A stretch of 64,000 bases of DNA. Source: Tubulanus polymorphus (lineage: Eukaryota > Animalia > Nemertea). Within the stretch, counting starts at the first letter, position 1, and each line of letters begins with the position of its first letter. The DNA is taken from positions 20,680,150 through 20,744,149 of the forward strand of contig NC_134026.1 of NCBI RefSeq assembly GCF_964204645.1. Direction: 5' to 3'. A program made the translations under genes and the position numbers. The notes below the pieces were generated by a model. That model worked only from the letters and a program-made list of their open reading frames with translations. It did no database searches and had not been told where the DNA came from. Positions 25,120 to 35,518 of this stretch are shown here, one piece after another.

Positions 25120-28100
25120 ATGTTGTCAACTGCTGAGGAAAATGTTTTTGACGTTGTCGTGATTGGAGCAGGGATTGAAGGGTCCTGTACTGCTTACCAA
25201 TTGGCGCGCGATGGCATCAAAACGCTTCTATTAGAACAGGTCAGGCACTCGTCATCTCTGGAAATTTTTCTCAATTTTATTGGACAAAGGGTATAATTAC
25301 TGAGGTGTATGATTAACATGATTAACAAAGTGTTTTACTCATCGAATTTCATGCGGACGTCTGTAGTACATAATTTTGCATTATACTGACCAAAATGATA
25401 TTTCTATTTAAGAGATTCGATATTTTAAAGCTATATGTACTTTTCAGTATTCCAGCTTTTTTAACGTGAATAGCCTTTTCTCGCACCTTCTTATTCATTA
25501 TTTTCTATTTCACTTTATCATATCTATTGTATAGCCTTTTAAAAGTTTTCGAATATGCTTTTGTACCGTACTCTATGTGGACATATTCTATTTATCAAAG
25601 TGAAAAACAAATATATATTGTCAGTTTTTGTACGTTTCAGTTTGTACTACCTAGTTCAAGAGGCAGTTCCCACGGCCAGACCCGGTGTACTAGGAAATTC
25701 TATTGCAATGAAATGTATATCAAGATGATGCAAGATGCATACGACGAATGGTCGACGATTGAAAATCTGACCGGTCAAGAATTATACAAGTATTTATCTT
25801 TGATATATCAGAAGGCACAACAGAGAATCCTTTTCACTTCCATGGCTCCCTTACTAATAAGTCAGATACTTTTTTGATGATACCTAAGTAAAAGGAAGCG
25901 AGCCAGGAATCATATTCAAGAGTGAATCTAGGGTGGTTTCTGGTACCAAAAAACAGTTTATCTCAGTATAGTAATGCCTTGTGCCAATGCTTTGTGATGA
26001 AATAACTAAATAATGGATAAATACTCGTCCAGGTTTTAGCATTTATCTGAAATATTGGTTGCGTATCAATTTGGCCTGTCAATTACAAACCACCACACTT
26101 ACCAGTACGAAACAGACTGCTGTTAATATTCTAACAAACACGAAGCAGTACATCCAGTCCGACCGATGCTCGGGCCTCAACCTTTTACCTGAAATATATG
26201 ATTATGTTATAAGCATGGATATAATTTCTCTTACAGACAGTCGGAGATGTTATTAGTCAGTAGGTGTGAGAATGATAATGAAAGTGAATCGTTGAAGGAA
26301 ATGATCGCCCAGCACAATATCAAGCACACGGTTCTGACTAAAAACGAAGCTATTGAACTGTTCCCCATGCTTAGATACGATGATGCTAATTTGTTCCTGC
26401 TTGAACACGAAGCCGGAATTTTAAGAGCGGATAAGTGTCTAAATGCAGCGCAGGTAAGGCATGCGCCTACTTCATCTAAGCTGGAAAGGGTACGGGTCGG
26501 TTTGAGTATGTTCTTAAAAAGTATTTCTATTATCATATCCTTTTTTATAAAATTCAATCCGTAAAGATCTTCTTTATTTTTCATTTCGACTTCTCGAATA
26601 AATTTCTTCTTTTTGTATAAGGAACTGTTTAAGCGGTTAGGTGGGATTCTGCGTGATGGTGAAATGGTACAGAATATCGTCCCTGGTGAAATAGTTCATA
26701 TACACACGCAAGATAATCTGTACACAGCTAAAAACGTCGTAATAACCGCCGGACCATGGACATCCAAATTACTGCAACCGCTTCGAGTTCAACTACCCAT
26801 CCAGGTAGGCAGAGTCACATCACACAAAAAGGTTACGCAGAACATACGATAAGTTATTTGGTGGCTGGGAATGCCGTTTCTTCATCAGTGGTTTTCCTTG
26901 TATGTCTAGAAATCTTTTCGTTCATCACAAAAATCCAGCCTGATTTTACATTTCCTTGCAGCCTTTGCGCATACTGGTCTGCTACTTCAGAGAGAAAATC
27001 GCCGGAACGTACAAAATGCCACATGTTCCGATTACACTTTACAAACTTCATAACAGAGATATCTTCACGGTGCCATCATTCGAATATCCAAATCTCACGA
27101 AGGTACGGTTTGACAAAATGTCAAACCCGAGTTTAACGTTGGTATTTCTAAAGGATTTTGGGACTGGCATCTCCAATACATGTATCTTATTTGCGCGATT
27201 CTGCAGGTGATATACTGCGACGGTCCACACGTGGACCCTGAAAATCCTGACAGAAATCCAGACGCAAGCAAAGAGTATCTTGAGAAAATCTGCAACCATG
27301 TAAAAGATAATTTTCCCGGATTGGAACCCATACCTTCAGTTATCGAGAGTGGCATATCCACCGTGAGTTACTACTACATATTGAATGCATATTTTAGCTC
27401 GAGTAAAAAATAAAACTTTTTCTGAAATAGTTTTCGTATGTTACCCAATAGATTCCTAAACTAAGTCCTATATGTAACTAAGAATACACCACTATCAAAC
27501 CACTAACCTGTGTCCGTTTTGTCAAACATTTCCGCAGATGACCCCTGATGGAAGCTTCATACTTGATCATCATCCACAACATAGAAATATTGCTATCGGT
27601 GCCGGATTTTCAGGTAAATTCGTTTATAATTTCACACACGGAGATGATTTAGTGAATTAATGAAAGAATCTAAATACCAGGACCCAGTTCCACAGTCGCG
27701 AGTTAGAGTTAACTCTGAGTTAAAGTTAGTTCATTTTCAATGTTTTAATCCAGAGTCAAATCTTAACTCAGAAATGTTGAACTGGGCCCAGTGTTCTGGG
27801 CAAGATTTAAGCCATTTAAGATTTTATTCTTTTATAATTTCACACACGGAGATGATTTAATGAATTAATGAAAGAATCTAAATACCAAGATTTCTGGGCA
27901 AGATTTAAGCGTAGTCACTTTCAATCGGTCAGAAGGCTGGAAACCTCTGTACCCCTTGTATGGAGAACAGTGAGAATGCACACGTCTGCACGGAAATCGA
28001 CATGTTTGATCTCGGAAACATTGCCATTGGCTCCCGAAACCATGTTTCTGGTTTCTCGTAAACGCACGACACAGGGACACGCTCGGGAGCAAGTTTGGCC

Positions 28101-28363
28101 ACAGGTCTCCTGTATTCATCTTTCTCTGCGACATGTGCATTGGGTTCTACAACGGTAATCGTTTCTTTCTTCGTACCCCTAACCGATTTCATTATTTGTC
28201 TTTCTTGACAGGTCATGGATTCAAGTTAGCGCCAGTAGTCGGTAAACTGCTAAAGCAGTTAGTTACTGGTGAAAAACCAGCTCACGATATGAGTCCTTTC
28301 AGCATGCAACGATTTGACAAGAACCCGGAAGGATTCTCTGTAGGGGCCTTGAAAGGACCTTGA
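25120..28363 (+). CDS. PIPOX: Sarcosine oxidase-like flavoprotein, tandem copy 3 (~397 aa, 8 exons; lacks the flavinylation Cys)
   Basis: Exons 25120-25239, 25641-25789, 26237-26453, 26622-26804, 26962-27102, 27207-27362, 27538-27613, 28212-28363; open frame. ESGISTMTPD replaces ExCxYT; GHGFKLAP retained; C-terminus ..ALKGP. Confidence 0.92.
27623..27910. repeat. ~80-bp tandem duplication in PIPOX copy 3 intron 7; first unit interrupted by a MITE
   Basis: tttataatttcacacacggagatgattta...aataccа...ttctgggcaagatttaagc at 27623-27812 (with insert) and 27831-27910. Confidence 0.85.
27681..27788. mobile_element. PIF/Harbinger-like MITE with CAG target-site duplication
   Basis: TIRs gacccagttccaca / tgttgaactgggcc, flanked by CAG on both sides; the duplicated unit next door is the empty site. 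Confidence 0.7.
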
Positions 28364-28484
28364 AATTGGTGCAAATTGTGATGGGCACTTTGAAAAGGGC
28401 AGATTTGGCAATCCGAGGGCTGCAAGCGAAATATTGGTGGCAAATTCTAGTGGCCTCTCGCAGAATCCCCTAAATCCGCCCTTG
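28331..28484. mobile_element. hAT-like MITE in the last exon of PIPOX copy 3 (same insertion as in copy 1)
   Basis: Shares ggccttgaaa..accttgaaattgg..atgggcactttgaaaagggca with 19796-19953; ends cccctaaatccgcccttg; followed by gaaaagtatgatcaatTAGtttctctata, matching the copy-2 stop region. Confidence 0.6.
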
Positions 28485-28821
28485 GAAAAGTATGATCAAT
28501 TAGTTTCTCTATATTCCTACTATTATTTATAAGCGCAAACTTTTTTCTTAAACTGTAACCATTAAAGCGATTAAGTTCAGTTAACAGAATAAATTATGAA
28601 TCCATTATATTACATTTAAAGCTAACTCAAAAGTCTATGGACGCCTTTAAGAAAAAAAATACATTTATGCATGATATCATATGACGAGGATCAATAAAAC
28701 CTATTTAGATGATTTTAATCTGGTCTTCTTTCCTTTTAAAGAACAATTTTATCAGGCAATTCGCCACTCCATTTTCTCAATCTTATTGTTGAGACAAAGT
28801 GTTGTGTCTATCGTTATCATA

Positions 28822-28872
28822 ATTATTATTATTGTTATTATTATTATTATTTTTATTATTATTATTATTATT
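28822..28872. repeat. (ATT)n microsatellite
   Basis: Imperfect ATT run; explains the poly-Ile spurious ORF 28681-28929. Confidence 0.9.
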
Positions 28873-29418
28873 TTGGATCTTAATGAATCAACAATTAAAT
28901 TGCACTTATTGAATTTGACTGAAAACTAGTCCCATGGGCGTCACCGGGAGCTCCTACATAATGATCCCTTTTCGTGCTCCTTTTTCTGACTGAGAAGTAG
29001 TTGACATAAACGACTATTGATCGGCACTCGTGTTCCCCGGTTGTTCCCGGTGTCCGACCTTCCCGCGGAAAATCTTGGCGATATCCATGAGTCCCAATTA
29101 TTACGTTTTTTTTTTTCAATCAGTCTTTTTTTATCATGGAATCTTGCACGATTGTTGATAAATAGAATGAAATTTACTAAAGATAGAATGTTGATATGAA
29201 CGCAATTCGCGAAATATCCCTACTGCGGTATTTTAGTTCACATATTTACCGTCAACCATGTGTATAGGGGCAGCACTTGCCGGTTAAGATTTCATATACC
29301 TACTGTGGCATGCAATTGTATATATAGCGCAATTATTATAGCTACACCTTAACACTTTTTTGATTTATACTACACAACAACCTACAACTTCCAAATACTC
29401 CAGAGGCCAGAATCGAGA

Positions 29419-32347
29419 ATGTCCCAAAGAATCGGATTTTGGTCACAGCTCTGGCTAAACGTGCGGAAATCGTGGGGAATTCACAGGGCGCGTGAAAAGT
29501 TTATCGGTTCCGACTATTTGGGCAACACGTATTACGAGCTTGAAAAAAGTAAGAAGATCACGACAACAAGGTGACAACACAACACCACCATCGTCATCGA
29601 TCACACACATCCTCTCCTGCCTGGACTGCTGAAGCCTAACTGAAGAAGAAGTTCTTTGACGACCTCACGTCATTTCAGTATCACATTTTGAAGGCCTAAA
29701 TATCTAAAGAACTAAGATCGCTGGGCGTTGTCGTAGAAAATTGTTGAACCCATTACCAACTATTTCGGTCATAATAGTGTAATATCTGGCCGCTGCACGG
29801 ACTGCCATTGATTTGTTTTCAATTGTTGCGGACCTTGTAGCATAGCAACAATGGTCCGTTATTTTCAAATTAGAGTGATTGTTTTTTAAGTGTCACTTTT
29901 TAGAAAAACGTGACTTGAAAATATTCACCGGTGTAAAACTTTTTTATTTTTCAAGATAGACCATCACAACCAGCAAGAAACTAGTTGGAAATGTTCTGAA
30001 GTTTTCATTCATATAAGATATGATAAACGGAATCTGCTGTCTTTGAGTAAATTATAAATAATACAGCGCGAGCTATCCTCGGGCCAACTCTCAAATTTGT
30101 CTCAAGTTCACGGTTAAATGTAAATGATGAAAATTATCTTGATTTTCTCAATTTCAGCGGGGATTGGTAAAAAATATCTTATATTTACAGAATCTATAAG
30201 CAGAATCTTTAACTCTATCATCCTCTATTGTCTTTGAATAACGCTTGGAAATCGTACCGAAAGCATGAAATTTCATGGGTTTCTTGCAAATGTGAAAGGA
30301 TTTCTGTCCCTTTTTTCATAATCAAAAGTAAAAGTTTAGAATGCGTTAGATATTCTTCAAAATTAGTCCATTTGACGCAGAAAGACAGCCACAACATGAA
30401 TCTATCAGCACTTCGACGATTTTTTAATCAATTTTCATCTACTTTAATTTTGTTCACAAGGACTATAGCATTTTCAATGACGCGGAGCCAAATTTTATTA
30501 TTGCATTGTTGCACATGCGCACATAGCGATGTTCCAAAAAGTTGGTAATGAAATTTATTGCGATCACCATCAATTTTACAAGAAAAACATTCGCTCTGTG
30601 ACTATGCCTTGGTGTAAGTCTTGTACCTAGCCGTCACTCCCCAAATAACAAGTGATAGGGAACCTGTAACAACGACTAGTATTCAGACTACCTTGGTGAG
30701 GGAGGATAGGGTCATACATCAATGAATGCTTTTATCGATAGCTTACTGACTTGGTATTAATCGGGGCTAGCTCAGGGTCCAAATACAGTCCCTTCCCACA
30801 GCACAGTATTCTAGAGTACCCCAGAGAAGTCAAAACAAGTTTATTTGAGTTCTATACATACCCCGAGCAAAACTGATGTACTTTTCGATTAATTTTACAG
30901 GTGAAAGTGAACGAGCAAAGAAAAGCCGCTACGTGAAATCTCGCGATGGAGACGAATGGAATTCTCCCAAGATACCCACTGAATGGGATTGTAAGTTTGT
31001 CCATGTGTGAAAATAACTCAGTTACGAGAAAATCAATTGGATTTCTTCCCATTATTTCAGTTCATCTAAGAAAATTTAGAGTTAGGTTTTAGAGTTAATC
31101 CTTTCGTTCTACTAGGCCCAGATGAACATTGGTTGTATCGTCTGAAATGCATTCTGTTTGTGAACATGGAAGAAATTGGGAACAAAGATTCATTCTATTT
31201 CATCCCTACCCCTAAGGACTCTCACCTCACTGCATATGGTGAAAAATGAATCCGTTAAATTCAAAGCAAATTCTTTTCCAGCATGGCTCAGAGGACGGAG
31301 AGAAGACCCGCCATCCTTGGAGGTACGTACTACTCACTACAAGTACACTTATAAACTAATTCGAAATGACCAAAACATTTTTCAGAGGTCTTGATTGATT
31401 GAAATGTTCTTTTTATTTTAAGGAAGTTGACTTGAATCATCAAAAGATGCTGGCGAAACAAGCAAAAGCTCGCGAGCTAGAGGCTCATGATGAATTGGTA
31501 CTGTCATAACCTGTCAGGTCAATTTGGCAAGCTATTGTGATTTAATATCAATTTTTATATATATATATATAGGTACAACAACAAGATTACGAACAGGGAA
31601 ATATTCAAAGGAACCTTCCGTCAAAAAACAAAAGTACGTGCGAATTGTTCTGATCTTCCCTGTGAATCTATTTGGTTGATCTCATCTGAATTGATGGCAT
31701 ATAGACCAACTGTCACTAGACTAAGTCCATAGTTTATCCATAGCATAACGTTGTAGTTGAACTCGGTCAAGTAGTCATCAAATAAGTAATCGCATTCAAT
31801 CCAATCATCATTATTCTAGAGTCCCAATTGTATTTCTGGGACTGATGAAATTCATCGGGATTATGAGAAATCCGAATTAAACATTGTATTTAACTCTTTC
31901 AGTGCGGTGTATGAATCGGTGAAGGATTTTGCTAGTACACCGCACTGCAGTGTATTAGTGTAATAAGTAATTAGTTTTTATCTCTTTTGAAAGATGGCAG
32001 CACCTGTCAAACATAGTGAAATATTAGTTACTAACGATACACTGCACCACGGTGTGGACGCGCTATAGTGGTATTCCCGTTATTCAACGCATTAGGGCAG
32101 AATTTTTCAAAATTTTCAAGATTGAGGATTATTGGTTTGCTGTATGTGAAAACTTAACGCCATTTTAATGAGCCACATGTGAACTGAAAAAGAATGCCCA
32201 TTCCGGGCACCGGTACATAGAAAGGTAATGGTAGGTTTACTCTACTTTTAGTTGTTGTTGCTACTTTACACCCTTCTCCTTGTAGGCGCTTTTCCGCAGT
32301 ATCCCGAATATAGTTCTGGTGATATGAAAAAAGACTCGGGCAGCTGA
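29419..32347 (+). CDS. NDUFAF2: Complex I assembly factor NDUFAF2 (mimitin, NDUFA12 family), ~152 aa, 6 exons
   Basis: Exons 29419-29548, 30901-30990, 31282-31322, 31423-31497, 31573-31633, 32286-32347, in phase. Protein MSQRIGFWSQLWLNVRKSW...FIGSDYLGNTYYE...IPTEWDSWLRGRREDPPSLEE...AFPQYPEY. Missed by the ORF track because the exons are short. AATAAA at 32490. Confidence 0.88.
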
Positions 32348-32789
32348 CCTCATCATTTGCTACGAATATTTTAGATGCTGATACACTAGAAAAATCGTCA
32401 CAGGAAGCATCAGTAACATTAAACATTGACTGATACTGTGCTTGGAATGACTTGGATGATAATGACTGTTTTCTAGTCGTCATAGTTGGAATAAATAGAA
32501 GTTTGTTAAGTTATGAAAATCTTTTTAATTTTTGTTTGTGTGTGCATTCTAGCGATGTTCAAACTAAGCCGAATATCATGGGCTCTATTTGGTGTTGCGA
32601 TGATGTTCTGATATATCAACTACATGTATATTCATATTAGACTCAATGTATAGACTCTGGAGATCTTTGTCGATCATTTACCTTCGTGTGAACATGGCTA
32701 TTCGGTGTATTGTTTGTGGAATACCTCTCATTTCGTTGGTATCTCTCAAGTCTCGAATGCCCAGAACATAAGCTCAAATATGGACCAGC

Positions 32790-32817
32790 ATATATATATA
32801 TATATATATATATATAT
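32790..32817. repeat. (AT)14 microsatellite between duplicated atatggaccag
   Basis: atatggaccag at 32778-32788 and 32814-32824 flank the AT run. Confidence 0.85.
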
Positions 32818-35518
32818 GGACCAGTGTTACTCACTACTTTGCATTTTGGACTGTGACAGTGAAAGGTCAGAAAAATTCAACTACTTTTCCTGATGTACTG
32901 AGAAATTAAGGAGTCAACGGTATGATTTTGGATTACCGGTACATTGATGTATATCTTGTATCCATTTCTGTCGTTTTGCATTCCCTTTATGCCGTGAACT
33001 GTTGATAAGGAAATTAAAGAGCCAATTCAGATTGTAAGAGTCATTAAAGATTTATTAAAATTGATAAAATAAATTCTAAATATATTGATCACAGTTTACG
33101 CAGAGTAGACTAGTCGTATCCTGTTGCTGGAATACAAGATATCCTTCATCCCAAATATAAATCTATATAGATAATTATACAAGTCCTTCTCAAGCAAACT
33201 ACACGAGCGTGTGGGGTCTCCAGAACAAGTTGCTGGTCTTATTTAATCATAGCCTGGCAATTCTCTGAAACAGATTTGTATTTGAATGTAAGAGATATTG
33301 AACAGGACATGGCGTTGCAATCACATAATACACCACTAGAGGCATCAGTGGTGTATTACTCAGCACCAGTCATTCCAAAAACCACCCAAGTTGAGTAAAT
33401 TTTACTGAATAAAGTTCTGAAAGTTCTCTGAATAAAATTTCTCTTAACATCATCTATGTATTTTTTATAAAATATTCGTGGTCTCAATGCTACCGAGTGA
33501 GCCAGAGTGCATTGAAGTTCATCTTGTTTTGTACAGAAGAAAAACAACAAACCTTTTTCAATTCGGCATCGCTTTTAATGGCAGTTGACACCTAAAATTT
33601 ATGTAAATACAAATGTACATCGTAAATTCAAAAAGACATCTTGTGCGTAACTCAAATGTAAAATGATATGTTAAGTGTTTTGATGGGAATGTGGATTAGT
33701 TTTTCAAATTGTGTGTGTATATATAGGTTCAAAGCAATGGAGGATTTCAAGCAGGATAGGCTTGGTTGTGCGTGCTCCTGATTATCACATCTGTGTCTAT
33801 CGTCTCGCGCAATGAATGTCCAATCTTATGGAAAACGGTGTAGAACCAGAAGATCAGTTCAAATAAGTCAGTCAATTTTCTGAGTAAAACAATGCAGTAA
33901 AATCCTTGAGATCGAGGGATTTAGGATTGAAACCGATCATCAGGTCATCCTCTCAAAATCAGGTAACCCACCACCACTACAAATCTACTTAAATGCAATC
34001 CTTCCAAATTTTTACATGATAATTTATTGGTAAAAATCACTAATCTCTCTTTAATATATACTTATGATAATATAAATAACAGTACAAATGTATATAGAAA
34101 TCTACAGTTTGTAATGAAAAATCTCAAAATTGGCCATTGTAGTGGTACATTTAGGCATGCACAATAAAACATAACAACAATTCAATTTGAGCTAGATTTA
34201 AATATGTAAATAAAGTTTTTGAATGTACATGAAGGCAAAGTTATTGCCTAAGCTAAACTTAACAATAACAGAGGGGGCATAAAATCTAGAATATGTAAGA
34301 TCATTTACATACAACATCCGATTAAAAGCCTTTCGTGATTCAAATAAATTTTGACGACCCGAAGATTACCGTAACAATATGCAGCGTGCATAAAGCTGTT
34401 AAGGAATCAGATTTTTTTTTCTTTCGGAAATTGAAACATTGCGAACAAAACCGCTACATACAGTAACCTTGTTCAATATTTTGGCATACGCATACATGTA
34501 GAGAAATTTGCTTATTTCGAAATAATTACAGTACTTATTACAGTCTCAGTTTACTACACGACTATAGTTGACTAGGAAGATACAATACATCACAGAGAAA
34601 TAGAGCATAATAAAACTAATCACAAACTGAAATCAGCAAAATGAGCTTTTACTTGAATAGATATTTTGGCCAACTTTTGCGCAATTAAAAACAAGGTGGA
34701 GCAAGTCATAGTTAAACGAAAAACTGATACATGAGAGCTCAAATTATTTCCCGTGTACATTAAGTAATTAAGCCGCTCACCTTATACATGTGGTAGATAC
34801 TCTGCTCATTTTAGAAAGATATTATTATTGGCACTGATATCTGTAGACTCCATCCACCAAAGTCTTATTTTTTAGGACTGTTGAAACCAAGCTGGTTAGA
34901 AAAATATTTCGGCAAGAAACCCAGTTGTTGGTCGGATCTGGCTCGAGGGAGTCTACTGTACCAGGCTAAAACTTACATGATCATTACTGGCACTCAATAT
35001 ACGTAAGCCAAAACTACAGTGTACGTCTATCACTAGCCACCTGTAAAACGATCATAACTCGCCGAGTCAAAAGAGCTTATAACTATAAGCTCGATTCGGT
35101 AATTTCCCTACCATATGTGCAAAGTGGCATTAGAAATTGTAGGTCTAGCTATAGCTTCTGCTACAAGCCTAATCATTACTAAAAGCCTGTATTAGTAGTA
35201 CAAAGTAGAAGTAGTCAAACCCTTGTCGTTTAGAACTGAACAATCGACACTTTCCAAAATTATTACCGAACTTAACAAAACTGAAACGACGCATGAAATT
35301 TGAGCTAGTTGCATAGCTGTCTAGGAGTATAGTCCGTTTTCAAGGGTTAAACTAAAGGTGATAATATTTGCCTATACTGATTATTGATTAATAGTTCCAA
35401 GGCCCAGTTCCTCAGTGCATTGCTTCCTTCCACCGATACAGTTCTTTCTCAGTGGTGAGCATGAACCGAAGTAACTTGGGCCTGAATGCGGTGTACATCT
35501 ATATATATATATTCGATG

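Noticed and set aside
16915-28363. Horizontally acquired bacterial sarcosine oxidase operon or pseudogenes
   Set aside because: Each copy has 7 spliceosomal introns at identical positions and an uninterrupted spliced frame.
28681-28929. 82-aa poly-Ile membrane protein ORF
   Set aside because: It is the translation of an (ATT)n microsatellite.
31838-31876. Hammerhead-like CTGATGA...GAAA in an NDUFAF2 intron
   Set aside because: Stem II is not adjacent to the core and no valid stem III or cleavage triplet is present.
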